This document shows, piece after piece, positions 9,279 through 19,394 of a stretch of DNA of 64,000 nt. This DNA is from a bacterium (GTDB lineage Bacteria > UBA8248): contig CBDBZY010000005.1 in assembly GCA_965213685.1 (NCBI GenBank), forward strand, positions 27,904 to 91,903, written 5' to 3'. Under the pieces are notes generated by a model. It was not told the origin of the DNA. It saw only the letters and a program-made list of their open reading frames with translations, and did not search any database. Each line of letters begins with the position of its first letter. Position 1 is the first letter of the stretch. Both the position numbers and the translations under genes were made by a program.

Positions 9279-10082
9279 ATGCCAACCACAAATTCCGAAG
9301 GCCTTGCGATAGATTATGAAGTCATCCGCCCCGACCATCCCCGGCCGCCCGTATTCCTGATCAGCGGGCTGGGCGGGGTGCGCGCGTCCTGGGAGAAACA
9401 GCTCGACGACTTCTCCGCGCACAGGCCCCTCATCCTGCACGACCACCGGGGAACGGGAAAAAGCGACAAGCCGGGCGGCGTCTACAGCGTCCCGAACATG
9501 GCGAAAGACGTCATCGCCATCATGGATGACCTGGGAATCGAAAGGGCGCATCTCGTCGGCAGCTCAACCGGGGGCGCCATCATCCAGGTGATTTGCATTG
9601 AGCGTCCCGACCGCGTTCAAAGCGCCTCCATCGTCAGCTCCTGGCCCAGGAGCGACGCATATTTCACCCGCCAGTTCAGCGTCCGCAAAGAAGTTCTGCT
9701 GGAGATGGGATGGGAAGCCTACACGAGATTTTCCACGTTCACCTTGCATAGCCCGCAGTTTTTCGCCGACAACTTCCAGACGATACAACAGAAAGAGGAC
9801 GAATCGCTCCGGAGCGCGCCTCCTGCGGAGATCATGGCCGAGCGCATCGACTGCATCATAGCCCACGATCAGATGGAGCGACTGGGGCAAATCCGCAGCC
9901 CCGCACTGGTGGCCGTCGCAAGGGACGACGTCGTGACCCCGCTGTATTATTCCCAACAACTGGCTGATTCCATCCCCGGGGCGGAGCTGAAAATTTTTGA
10001 CGGAGGCGGCCATTTCGTCTATCTCGAAAAACCCGCCGAATTCAACGCGGCCATCCTGGAATTCATCCACCGCCATGACTAA
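9279..10082 (+). CDS. Alpha/beta hydrolase (RutD/PcaD-like)
   Basis: ISGLGG, DHRGTGKS, GSSTGG nucleophile elbow, DDVVTP, GGGH. Confidence 0.85.
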   Translation: MPTTNSEGLAIDYEVIRPDHPRPPVFLISGLGGVRASWEKQLDDFSAHRPLILHDHRGTGKSDKPGGVYSVPNMAKDVIAIMDDLGIERAHLVGSSTGGAIIQVICIERPDRVQSASIVSSWPRSDAYFTRQFSVRKEVLLEMGWEAYTRFSTFTLHSPQFFADNFQTIQQKEDESLRSAPPAEIMAERIDCIIAHDQMERLGQIRSPALVAVARDDVVTPLYYSQQLADSIPGAELKIFDGGGHFVYLEKPAEFNAAILEFIHRHD

Positions 10083-10127
10083 TCGACGTCCGCACATCTG
10101 GTGCCCCGGCCGCGCAGGCAACGCCGC

Positions 10128-12041
10128 ATGACGAAGCACGTCGTCATCGGAACCGCCGGCCACATCGATCACGGGAAAACCTCCCTCGTCAAAGCGTTGA
10201 CCGGCACAGACACCGATCGCCTGAAAGAAGAAAAAGAGCGGGGGATCACCATCGAACTCGGATTCGCCGAGCTCGTTCTGGGGAGCATCCACGCGGGCAT
10301 CGTGGACGTTCCGGGCCACGAGCGGTTCGTCAAGAACATGCTGGCCGGCGTCGGCGGCATCGATTTGGTGATGCTGATCATTGCGGCGGATGAAGGCGTG
10401 ATGCCGCAAACCAGAGAACATTTGGCCATCTGCCGACTTCTCGGGATACGAACGGGCCTCGTCGTGCTGACCAAAACGGACCTGGTCGAGCCGGAATGGA
10501 TGGAGCTCGTCACGGACGACGTGCGGGACTTCGTGAAAGACACCTTTCTGGAGAACAAGCCCATCGTGCCGGTTTCGGCCCATGCCGGAGATGGCCTGGA
10601 GAGCCTCCGAAACGCCCTGGCAGAAATCGCGAACGCGACGCCCGCGAAAAGCGAAACGGGTATTTTCCGGCTACCGATTGACCGCGTGTTCACGATGCGG
10701 GGCTTCGGCGTCGTGATAACGGGAACCCTGTTCAGCGGGAGCGTGGGACTCGGGGAGCAGGTGGAAATCTTTCCCAGCGGCCATCAGGCGCGCGTTCGCG
10801 GCCTGCAGGCACACGGGACGCCCGTGAAAAAATCCACCGCCGGCCTCCGGACCGCGCTCAACCTGCAAGGCGTGGAGCACGCCGAGGTGTCCAGGGGGGA
10901 CATCGTCGGACGTCGCGGAGAACTGAAAACAACGTATATGCTGGACGTTCACCTGGAACATCTCCCCGACGCGACGCGCCCCCTGAAAACGCGCGACCGC
11001 ATCCGCTTCCATGCCGGCACCGCGGAAATCATGGGGAGGGTGTCTCTCATCGGGCGGGACGCACTGGAGCCGGGGGACCGCGCTTTCGGGCAAATACGGC
11101 TCGAGGCACCCGTCGTCGTCCTTCCCAGGGACCGGTTCGTCATCCGGCGCTACTCGCCGATCGTCACGATCGGCGGCGGCGAAATTCTGGACGTCACGCC
11201 CCGCAAGCACAGACGATTGCGCAGTTCATCCATGGATCGCCTGCGGTCGCTGCACCAGGGAGACGAGACGGAGAGGCTGCTCATATTCCTGCGGGACGCG
11301 CGATGGAACGGGATGGACCTCGCCGACCTCACGGGTCGTCTCACGCTCCAGCCCGGAGACATCCAAAAAACCATGCAGGCGCTGTCCGCGCGCGGGCGGG
11401 TGCAGATTATCGACCAGGCCAGCCTCTTCGTCATGACGAGGGAGCATTTCGACGCCACCCAGAAAAGCGTTCTCTCCTCCCTCGAGGAGTATCACGCCGG
11501 CAACCCCCTGCGCCCGGGCGCTCCCAGAGAGGAGGTGCGCGGGAAGGCGGGCGGCCTGCATGAAAAAATCTTTGACGCCGCTCTCCAGCATTTGGGCGCG
11601 GCGAAGAAAATCGTGGCGGACGGCGCCACCCTGCGGCTCGCCTCGCACCACGTAGAAATTGGCGAGGAACTCAGAGCGGTGAAGACCAGACTGGAGGCGG
11701 CCTTCCGAAACGCCCATTTTCAGCCCCCATCCACAGAGGAGGCGTTCGCGCAAGGGGGCGGGGAGGGCGATGCGAACCAAGACGCTCTGCAAATTCTGAT
11801 AGACGAGGGCGTTTTATTGCGGCTGAAGGAGAACATCGTCTATCACCGAGACGCCTTGACGGAGGCGGAAAACCTCCTGAAAGGGCACCTGTCGCGCCAC
11901 CGTGAAATTACGGCGGCGGAATTTCGGGACATATTGGGGATCACGCGGAAACACGCCATACCCCTGCTGGAGTATTTCGACACCGCGCGCATCACGTTGC
12001 GGGTCGGGGACAAAAGGGTGCTCCGCCCGGACGCGAGATGA
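10128..12041 (+). CDS. selB: Selenocysteine-specific elongation factor
   Basis: [36 protein letters not shown]; C-terminal winged helix [20 protein letters not shown]...RVGDKR. Confidence 0.97.
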   Translation: MTKHVVIGTAGHIDHGKTSLVKALTGTDTDRLKEEKERGITIELGFAELVLGSIHAGIVDVPGHERFVKNMLAGVGGIDLVMLIIAADEGVMPQTREHLAICRLLGIRTGLVVLTKTDLVEPEWMELVTDDVRDFVKDTFLENKPIVPVSAHAGDGLESLRNALAEIANATPAKSETGIFRLPIDRVFTMRGFGVVITGTLFSGSVGLGEQVEIFPSGHQARVRGLQAHGTPVKKSTAGLRTALNLQGVEHAEVSRGDIVGRRGELKTTYMLDVHLEHLPDATRPLKTRDRIRFHAGTAEIMGRVSLIGRDALEPGDRAFGQIRLEAPVVVLPRDRFVIRRYSPIVTIGGGEILDVTPRKHRRLRSSSMDRLRSLHQGDETERLLIFLRDARWNGMDLADLTGRLTLQPGDIQKTMQALSARGRVQIIDQASLFVMTREHFDATQKSVLSSLEEYHAGNPLRPGAPREEVRGKAGGLHEKIFDAALQHLGAAKKIVADGATLRLASHHVEIGEELRAVKTRLEAAFRNAHFQPPSTEEAFAQGGGEGDANQDALQILIDEGVLLRLKENIVYHRDALTEAENLLKGHLSRHREITAAEFRDILGITRKHAIPLLEYFDTARITLRVGDKRVLRPDAR

Positions 12042-13231
12042 CGTCTCCTGATGAGGAATCCGACATGGCTCTGGACGATGACAAAATCCGACGACTGCGC
12101 TCCGACGTTCCGGCGCTGCAAAATCAAATCTACGTAAATTGGGGAGGAGGGGGGCCGTCCTCCAAATCGACCCTGCACGAGATGGAGGCGTTCACGAAAC
12201 GGGAGCTGGCGCTCGGCTCGTTCCATCCGCAAATCCGGGACGAAACCCGCGCGGCACTGGAGCGGACCAGGGAGCGCTGCGCCAAACTCATCGGCGCCGA
12301 CCCCTCGGAGGTCGCGCTCGTGAACAATACGACGGCCGGCATCAACATCGCGGCGGCCGGCCTGGAGTGGAGAGCGGGAGACGAGGTTCTTCTCTCGGAT
12401 TTGGAGCATCCCGGCGGCTACTTGCCCTGGCTGGTATGGCGGGAGAGAAGCGGCATCCGGGTGCGACTGTTCCGAACCGGCGCAAACGATCAGGAGCTCC
12501 TGCGCAATCTGGAAAGCGCCGTCACCCCGAAAACCAGGGCGGTTTGCGTGAGCCACGTCGCGTGGCTCACGGGCAGGAGACTGCCCCTGGAGGCGATCAG
12601 CCGGATTTGCGTCCGCTCAGGCGCGCTCCTCGTGGTGGACGGCGCCCAATCCGTCGGCCACATACCCGTCCACATGCGGGAAACCGGCGCGGACGTCTAC
12701 ACCATATCGGGACAGAAATGGCTGATGGGCCCGCAAGGCACGGGCGCCGTGTATGTGCGGCGCGGCGCGGGCAAAGACGTTCGCCTCTCCTCCGCGGGCT
12801 ATCGCTCCGCCCAAAAGAAGAGCCTCGAGACCCTCTCCTTCACGCCGCAGACGAGCGCCATGCGCTATGAGATCGGCACCCTGCATACGCCCGCTTTCAT
12901 CGGGCTGGGGGCCGCGGCCGCGCACTTCCAAACAACGGGGCCCGCATCCATCGCCAACAGGGCGCTCGCGCTGTCGAATCGCCTGCTGGACCGGATGCGC
13001 GCCATGAAAAACGTCGACGTCATCAGCCCGCCGGGGCCGGCCCAGTCCGGTCTGGTGTCTTTCCGCATTCCGGGCACCGCCTCTCAAAAGTTGGTGGACG
13101 CGCTCGTGCGGGAGCACAAAATCATCCTCCGGGCGGTGGAGACCGCACCCCCCGCCATCCGGGCTTCCATCCATTATCTGAATACGGAACAGGAAATAGA
13201 CCAGATCGCGGACGCGATCTCCGCCTTATAG
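12038..13231 (+). CDS. Class V PLP enzyme, probable C-S lyase (C-DES/EgtE/isopenicillin-epimerase-like)
   Basis: YVNWGGGGP, NTTAGIN, LEHPG, VDGAQSVGH, SGQKWLMGPQGTG, IRASIHYLN. No SufS/IscS catalytic Cys loop. Coupled to selB (ATGA overlap). Confidence 0.8.
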   Translation: MTSPDEESDMALDDDKIRRLRSDVPALQNQIYVNWGGGGPSSKSTLHEMEAFTKRELALGSFHPQIRDETRAALERTRERCAKLIGADPSEVALVNNTTAGINIAAAGLEWRAGDEVLLSDLEHPGGYLPWLVWRERSGIRVRLFRTGANDQELLRNLESAVTPKTRAVCVSHVAWLTGRRLPLEAISRICVRSGALLVVDGAQSVGHIPVHMRETGADVYTISGQKWLMGPQGTGAVYVRRGAGKDVRLSSAGYRSAQKKSLETLSFTPQTSAMRYEIGTLHTPAFIGLGAAAAHFQTTGPASIANRALALSNRLLDRMRAMKNVDVISPPGPAQSGLVSFRIPGTASQKLVDALVREHKIILRAVETAPPAIRASIHYLNTEQEIDQIADAISAL

Positions 13232-13276
13232 CGGATTGAGCCGGGAATCCGGCGCGGAAAAACCCGGTGAACCGCG

Positions 13277-13315
13277 AAAAAAAGCGGCGGTTCCCTCTCC
13301 CCCCGCCGCTTTTTT
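13277..13315. terminator. Bidirectional intrinsic terminator
   Basis: A7-GCGGCGG-loop-CCGCCGC-T6 between convergent genes. Confidence 0.75.
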
Positions 13316-13330
13316 CTGATGGTTCGCTGG

Positions 13331-14071
13331 TTATTTTTTGAGCGTCACGTTCACCGCCGTGGCGGCACCACCCTTCACCGACACCTTCATGGACTTCCTG
13401 CCCAGCGCCTCGTGCCAGACCTCGAGCGTATAGGAGCCCGCCGGAACGTCCCGGAGTTCGAATTTGCCCCCGGGGCCCGTGACGCCGACGTAGGGATTAT
13501 CGGCCACGACAATATATCCCTTCATCCAGTCATGCACATCACACGTCACCTTCACGACCCCGGGCTTCTTGAAGTAGCGGGTCGACATTCTCAGTTTTTT
13601 CTTGAACTTCGGCTGTGCGATATTGGCCACCGGGTTTCCGGTCTTGCCCGGGTGGGTGTGCACGTTATGGAGTATCCGGTCGCTGTTTTTCACCAGGAGC
13701 TTCGTCCGCGACTTCATCACGACGACCCGGGGCAGATACACGCATCCCTTTTGATCGACGACGGCCTTTTTCTGGTCCTTCGCCCACTGCTTGCCGGATT
13801 TCACCCCTTTCAGGGACACGACGGCCCACACGACGCCGCCATCCTGGACAACCAGGCTGTCGTCGGTGATGGGCTTTTTCGCGCAAACCTTCTTGTCCTT
13901 GTTCACGGAAAGGACCTTGCGCTTCGGGACGGCGCCCTCAAACTTGATCGCACCGGCAATCGAGCCGCCGCCGCTTACCTTCCCCCCCTTGTAAGCGTCC
14001 GCAGAGCCCGCGAACGCGACGCCGAGGACCATCGCAAACACCAAACGCCATGGAACGTATCTGGGAATCAT
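13331..14071 (-). CDS. Secreted carboxypeptidase-regulatory-like/cupredoxin-like protein
   Basis: Signal peptide; DQKGCVYLPRV, NSDRILHNVH, CDVHDWM, YTLEVWHE; RBS GAGGAG before ATG 14071. Confidence 0.75.
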   Translation of the reverse strand: MIPRYVPWRLVFAMVLGVAFAGSADAYKGGKVSGGGSIAGAIKFEGAVPKRKVLSVNKDKKVCAKKPITDDSLVVQDGGVVWAVVSLKGVKSGKQWAKDQKKAVVDQKGCVYLPRVVVMKSRTKLLVKNSDRILHNVHTHPGKTGNPVANIAQPKFKKKLRMSTRYFKKPGVVKVTCDVHDWMKGYIVVADNPYVGVTGPGGKFELRDVPAGSYTLEVWHEALGRKSMKVSVKGGAATAVNVTLKK

Positions 14072-14351
14072 GCCTACTCCTCTCTCGTTGAAAAAATTTT
14101 CAGGTTGGCCCCTGTGTGTCCCCAAGGCGGGCGGCTCGGCCATGCGCGCGCGCCGCATCGGGAAAAGGTTTCATATGTTCGCGTTCCGGAGTGCTCGATC
14201 TCTCCGCTCTCCGGTGAGCCTCCCGTCCAGTCCGGGACGCCGGAAGTCCCCTCGCCATTCAAGTAATGTACCTTTCAGGCGAAGTCAAGCCTCTCCACGA
14301 TGCGCGCGATAAACCGGTGCGCTTCGTTGCGCCTCGGGGAGTGGCCCTGCT

Positions 14352-15335
14352 ATGAAGGAGGCTAGGCGCACCGCCGGGCAGACGGGGCGAATCGGCGCAG
14401 CTTCCCGACCCGTAATGCGTTGCGCGAAAAAAGGAAAAAGGGGAGAGAGAGGAGAGTTGCTTCACGCATCCATCGGTTTCGCGCTGCTGCTGATGCCCTG
14501 CGTCCCCCTCCTCCTCCCGAGCCACGCCTCCGCGCACCATACCAGTTCCATCGCCTACATCCTGCAGGAAGTCGGCCGAAAGAAGGTCGGCGGCGTAGAG
14601 ATGGAGCTGCGCGCCATGCCGCCCAGGCTCACCGGACGTGCGGGTGCGCAGGAATCTCCCCGAAACGCGCATGACCTTCTCTCCCGATTCACGCATCGCT
14701 TTGAAATGCGCGTGACCGGCAATCCGGGCGGCGAGGCCACGCCGCCCAAGGTGGACGTGCAGATTCTGTTCGCCCAGGACGAATGGAGAAAGACGTTCTC
14801 CATGAAAAGACTCTCCGAGGAGCGCCCCGACACCTACGGGGCAAACGTCCGATTGGGCGAGAAAGGTCCATACGCCGTCACGGCGACGATATTCGGCCTG
14901 TCGCCCTCCCCGCTGCGCGCGCGCTTCTCTTTCGACTTTGATCCCGAATCGGTCAGGAGCGCGATGCGAGACCTGGCAAAGACCCTGTCGCACCTCGGGT
15001 GCGAGACGCTCACCCTCGGTCTGGACGGCCAGGCCGTCCCACCGCAAAAAGAACGACGCATCCGGAATCTGGCCGCCAGGTTCCGGTATCTCGCGCCCTG
15101 GGTATCGAACCTTCGGGAGGGAGAGGAGCAGGAGCTGTACGATGGATTCGCCCAGCGGCTGCGCGACCTCGCCGCAACCATAGCGGCAAGCGTTCAGAAA
15201 GCGGATTACGACCGACTCGCCGGGAACCTCGCCGCCGCCAGGGCGCTCTGCTCAAAATGTCACCGAATCTTCCAGGAGGCGGACTCCACCGGAAAACCCG
15301 TCCGGAAATCATTCCTTCGCCCATCCGAACGTTAG
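14352..15335 (+). CDS. Exported protein with a C-terminal cytochrome c'-like CxxCH domain
   Basis: Hydrophobic signal-like segment ending ASAHH; C-terminal helical region ending ARALCSKCHRIF. Start uncertain. Confidence 0.6.
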   Translation: MKEARRTAGQTGRIGAASRPVMRCAKKGKRGERGELLHASIGFALLLMPCVPLLLPSHASAHHTSSIAYILQEVGRKKVGGVEMELRAMPPRLTGRAGAQESPRNAHDLLSRFTHRFEMRVTGNPGGEATPPKVDVQILFAQDEWRKTFSMKRLSEERPDTYGANVRLGEKGPYAVTATIFGLSPSPLRARFSFDFDPESVRSAMRDLAKTLSHLGCETLTLGLDGQAVPPQKERRIRNLAARFRYLAPWVSNLREGEEQELYDGFAQRLRDLAATIAASVQKADYDRLAGNLAAARALCSKCHRIFQEADSTGKPVRKSFLRPSER

Positions 15336-15449
15336 CGCGGGAAGAACTCATTTCCACCCCCCGCGCGTTTGCAACGGGGCGGACTCTGGGGTATCTCTCT
15401 TCCCAGGACGGCTCGCCGCCGACGCGCTCCATCCTTCTTAGGGACACAC

Positions 15450-16301
15450 GTGAATCCGAACGCCAGATACGCCAGCAAAATGCCCGAGACGCTCGACGGC
15501 TGGGCCGTTTTGCATCACATTTTCCGGGTGAACTGGCCCGCCTGGAACCGGCTGGAGAGCGACCGACGGCACCGGGTTCTCGACGAGGCGGCGGAATACC
15601 TCGGTGCCATCGCCCGGCCGGCGTCCGGCGAGAGCGCTCTTTTCAGCTTGCTCGGCCACAAGGGCGACCTGCTCTTTCTTCATTTCCGGCCCACGCTGGA
15701 TGCGCTCCATGAGGTGGAGTTGGGCTTTCGGCAGCTCTCGCTGGCGGAACACCTCGAGGAGACGACGTCCTACCTCTCTTTTCTGGAGCTCGGCCTCTAC
15801 GAGATGACGGTGAAACTCCACGACCGGTTCGTGGAGGAAGGCCTGGCGCCGGGAAGCGACGCATGGGAGTCGAAATGGTCCAAGGAGATGGGCATCCAGC
15901 GCGAGCGCATGAAGGAGCGCCTCTACATGGACATCCCCAGAACCAGATACATGTGCTTCTACCCGATGAGCAAGCGCAGGGGGGAGGAGAAAAACTGGTA
16001 CGGACTGCCCATGGAGGCGCGCCAGAAGATGATGCGCGAGCACGGCTTCGTCGGCAGAAGATACGCCGGCCGCGTGCAGCAAGTCATCACGGGCAGCATC
16101 GGCTTCGACGACTGGGAGTGGGGGGTGTATCTGTTTTCAGAAGACCCGCTCGTGTTCAAGCGCCTCGTATATGAAATGCGCTTCGACGAGGCCAGCGTCT
16201 GGTATGGCGAGTTTGGCCCCTTCTACGCCGGCCTGCGGATGATGCCGCATCACCTCCGGGACATATTCCGGGGAAGGGCGCCCGCCCTCGAAGCGCCGTA
16301 G
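15450..16301 (+). CDS. hemQ: Coproheme decarboxylase / chlorite-dismutase-family haem protein
   Basis: PETLDGWAVLH, LGHKGDL, FYPMSKRR, NWY, MMREHGFVGRRY, GSIGFDDWEWGV, EMRFDEAS. Confidence 0.85.
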   Translation: MNPNARYASKMPETLDGWAVLHHIFRVNWPAWNRLESDRRHRVLDEAAEYLGAIARPASGESALFSLLGHKGDLLFLHFRPTLDALHEVELGFRQLSLAEHLEETTSYLSFLELGLYEMTVKLHDRFVEEGLAPGSDAWESKWSKEMGIQRERMKERLYMDIPRTRYMCFYPMSKRRGEEKNWYGLPMEARQKMMREHGFVGRRYAGRVQQVITGSIGFDDWEWGVYLFSEDPLVFKRLVYEMRFDEASVWYGEFGPFYAGLRMMPHHLRDIFRGRAPALEAP

Positions 16302-16333
16302 GGCGACGGCGTTTCCGGAGAGACAGGCCCTCC

Positions 16334-17194
16334 ATGGCGAACGTCCTCATCCTCGGGTGCGGCTATGTCGGCACCGCCCTTGGCGCGGTGCTCGGCGCGG
16401 AGGGACACATCGTCTGGGGGATGCGCAGAAACCCCGAAAACCTGCCCGACCCGATTCGGCCGCTGCGGGTCGACATCCACCAGGGAACGCTGCCCGACGC
16501 CCTCCCCGACAACCTGGATTTCATCTTCTACGCCATATCCTCGGGCGGCGGCGGTGCGGCCGGCTACCGGGCGGCGTATGCGGACGGCCCCCGAAATCTC
16601 CTCCGCGCACTGGACATCAAAGGAGCAAGGCCCCGGCGCGTCTTCTTCACCTCGAGCACGGCCGTCTACCCCCGGACGGACGGCGGCTGGGTGGATGAGG
16701 AATCGCCTGCGCAACCCGCCCACCATTCGGGCCGCAGCCTGCTGGAGGGGGAACGCGCCTTGCTGGACAGCGACCATCCCGCCACCGTCGTGCGGCTCGG
16801 GGGGATTTACGGACCAGGCCGCACGCGCCTGATCGACGCCGTCCGCGCGGGTCGCGCCGCGTGCCGCGAAGGCCCTCCCCGCTTCACGAATCGCATTCAC
16901 CGCGATGATTGCGCGGGCGTCCTCCGCCATCTCATGCGGATGGACGCGCCGGAGGACATCTACGTCGGCGTCGACGACGAGCCTGCGGAGCACCGCGACG
17001 TGCTGGACTGGCTGGCGGACCGGCTGGGCGTTCCGCATCCCCCCCGAACCGGTGCCGGTGCGTCCGCCTCCGCGCGCGCGGCGACGAACAAGAGATGCTC
17101 CAACGCGAAGATCAAGGCCGCCGGGTATCGGTTTCTCTATCCATCGTATCGGGACGGCTACGCGGAAATGCTCCAGCGCATGGAAACCGCGTGA
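16334..17194 (+). CDS. NAD-dependent epimerase/SDR (YeeZ-like)
   Basis: ILGCGYVG, FTSSTAVY, RLGGIYGPGR, NRIHRDD. Confidence 0.88.
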   Translation: MANVLILGCGYVGTALGAVLGAEGHIVWGMRRNPENLPDPIRPLRVDIHQGTLPDALPDNLDFIFYAISSGGGGAAGYRAAYADGPRNLLRALDIKGARPRRVFFTSSTAVYPRTDGGWVDEESPAQPAHHSGRSLLEGERALLDSDHPATVVRLGGIYGPGRTRLIDAVRAGRAACREGPPRFTNRIHRDDCAGVLRHLMRMDAPEDIYVGVDDEPAEHRDVLDWLADRLGVPHPPRTGAGASASARAATNKRCSNAKIKAAGYRFLYPSYRDGYAEMLQRMETA

Positions 17195-17206
17195 CGCGGC
17201 GAGAAC

Positions 17207-17902
17207 TCAGCCTCTCAGGACGATCCGCAGATCCTTGCGCAATTTCGCCAGCGAATCGGCGTCGTTGCTGTGGTAATAGCCCCGAATCTGGAACTTCCTG
17301 TCGATCAGCACGAACCGCGAGCTATGGGAGATCAGGACTTCCGGCGTCCCCGCATCCTCCGGATGCCCGGGGTGATGGGCGTGTGCGGAGGGGAGAAGGA
17401 ACTGCGCGAACCGCGCGCCAGCGGACCCGGCGGGGCGCATGGCTTTTTGGGTCGCATAGCTCAGGCGGAACCCTTGGAGCACCAGGTTCCGGATTTCTTT
17501 CTCCTCGCCCGAGACAAAATACCAGCGCGACGTGTCGGCGCCGTATTTCCGGGCGTATTTCGCGAGAACCGCCCCCGTATCGTGCGCGGGGTCCGTGGTG
17601 ATGGAGAGTTGCCGGAAGTCCGGCTCGCCGGAGAACTCCTCCTGAAGCCGCCGCATCTCGGCCGTTTGCAGAGGACACGTATCCTGGCACCGCGTGTAGA
17701 TGAAATCCACGACCCACACCTTCCTCTCCAGATGCCCCCTCTCGAACTTGTGGCCCGACGCGTCGACGAGAGAAAATTCAAAGAGTCGCGAGTAGACGGG
17801 CAAGGGCTGAAAAAGATGGCCGCGGAGCCAGCGGTAGCCGGGACCTACGGTCAAGGCGATCAGAAGACCCGCGGCCAGGAGCAGGCTCCAGCGGCGCGCC
17901 AT
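17207..17902 (-). CDS. SCO1/SenC copper chaperone
   Basis: N-terminal TM segment, FIYTRCQDTCP (CxxxC), ITTDPAHDT, HSSRFVLID. Confidence 0.88.
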   Translation of the reverse strand: MARRWSLLLAAGLLIALTVGPGYRWLRGHLFQPLPVYSRLFEFSLVDASGHKFERGHLERKVWVVDFIYTRCQDTCPLQTAEMRRLQEEFSGEPDFRQLSITTDPAHDTGAVLAKYARKYGADTSRWYFVSGEEKEIRNLVLQGFRLSYATQKAMRPAGSAGARFAQFLLPSAHAHHPGHPEDAGTPEVLISHSSRFVLIDRKFQIRGYYHSNDADSLAKLRKDLRIVLRG

Positions 17903-18194
17903 GTTCCCCTCCCCTCTTGTCCACCGAAAAAAGCTGTCCCGGAAGAAGCCCATCCCCTCGCCCCTCTCTCCGCGCCAAGCGCCCGAAAACCCGCACCCGC
18001 ACCCATTTTGGCAAAACAGGGGCGTGCCCGCAAAACCTGTGCGGCGATCGGCGGGTTCCGGGAGACGGGAGACGGCATCGCCGCCGCGCGGTTGCGCAGC
18101 GCCCGCCCTCCTGCTTATACTCCCGCCTCTATCCGAAAACCATCCGGGAGCTTCCGGGCCGCCGGGAACAGAGATTAGAGAAGGAGAATCCGGA

Positions 18195-18707
18195 ATGAAA
18201 AGACATTTCACTGGAGTGCGCATTTGGGTCGCCGCGTGGGTTCTCATCTGCGCCTGCGCCGCGCAGCCGGCCGTTGCCGGCGAGAGCGGGAGCTTTGAAC
18301 TCCAAGAAAGCTACGTCCACGATTACACCACGATGCAGCACGCGGGGACGACTATCACCGGCGGCCCACTGCGCGGGACGGGCGTCATCGCCAGGAGCAG
18401 CGGCGGCCTCTTCCCCGAGGGCGGGAGCTACGGCATCACCTGCCTGGTCTATGCGAAGAAATCCAAAAAGGGACTGGACCTCGAGGCCCCCTGCACGTTC
18501 ACCGACTCCTCGGGCGATATGTTCTATCTCATGGCGATACGGCGCGCGGGCGTCATCCAGGTCGGCGGCGGCGGGCAGGGCGTTCAGCGGATCGTAGGCG
18601 GGACCGGCAAATACGCCGGCGTCACCGGCGCCTGCCCCTACGTGACCACCTACCTGCCGGACAAATGGCTCGTCTCGAAGGCGACCTGCAAGTGGCAAAA
18701 ACCCTGA
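18195..18707 (+). CDS. Secreted hypothetical protein, probably beta-rich
   Basis: RBS AAGGAG, signal peptide, GGTGKYAGVTG motif. Confidence 0.7.
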   Translation: MKRHFTGVRIWVAAWVLICACAAQPAVAGESGSFELQESYVHDYTTMQHAGTTITGGPLRGTGVIARSSGGLFPEGGSYGITCLVYAKKSKKGLDLEAPCTFTDSSGDMFYLMAIRRAGVIQVGGGGQGVQRIVGGTGKYAGVTGACPYVTTYLPDKWLVSKATCKWQKP

Positions 18708-19114
18708 CCGGCGCGCCGGGGGCGATTCGCCAACCAGGAACACGGGCAGGAAGCGTCCCTGCGCACCCCCTGTAAAGCGAACCGCCGGCGGATGGCGATA
18801 CGCTTCTTCGGCGGTCGTCTCCGAAGCCTGCCGCTCACTGCCCGAAGGATGTCATCTGCGCGTTTTCACCCGACACGGACTCTCCCTGCCCAAGGGGCAC
18901 TCCCGAGCGCGCTACGGCGGCTGTGCGAGGGTGCGAAACGCCAGGGCAGCCTGCTCCGCAGCCCCCGTTGGCACAACCAGATGGCGCGCGCCTGAGACGA
19001 GTCGGGGGCGAGACGACCTCCCCGCATGCGCACAACGGCGCCTCCGCGCCTTCCCGACTGACGCACCTGCGCCTGCTCTCCGGGAGCGTGGCGATCGGGC
19101 GCATCGTCAAAAAG

Positions 19115-19177
19115 CCCCCCCCCCCCCCCCCGCGCTCGGGGGGGGGGGGGGGGGGGGGGGGGGCGATCAGCGATAAT
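19115..19177. other. C17/G26 homopolymer inverted run followed by the last 14 nt of the CRISPR repeat
   Basis: C 19115-19131, G 19138-19163, then CGATCAGCGATAAT 19164-19177. Confidence 0.8.
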
Positions 19178-19221
19178 GCGCCGGACGCAGCCCATCCGAG
19201 AGGAGAGGCGGCATCGTGAAT

Positions 19222-19304
19222 GATGCGCTCGCCACCCGCCCGCGTCACCGTCGCAGAGGCGAGAGGAACGGACGCGCGCATCCGGGGCGGAGTGGCGCCG
19301 AGGC
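19222..19304. repeat. Direct repeat copy 1 (61-nt core 19244-19304)
   Basis: Core GTCACCGTCGCAGAGGCGAGAGGAACGGACGCGCGCATCCGGGGCGGAGTGGCGCCGAGGC, plus an upstream GATGCGCTCGCC shared with copy 2. Confidence 0.88.
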
Positions 19305-19394
19305 TCATCCGCCGACATTCAATGGCATTGTGCGGTCGGAGGTGAGACACTTTGAGATGCGATCTTCCCACACCACAAAAAAGAGGAAACCAAA

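Noticed and set aside
18708-19114. Possible ORFs or structured RNA in the gap before the homopolymer run
   Set aside because: No frame gives a protein-like sequence, and I recognise no RNA motif.
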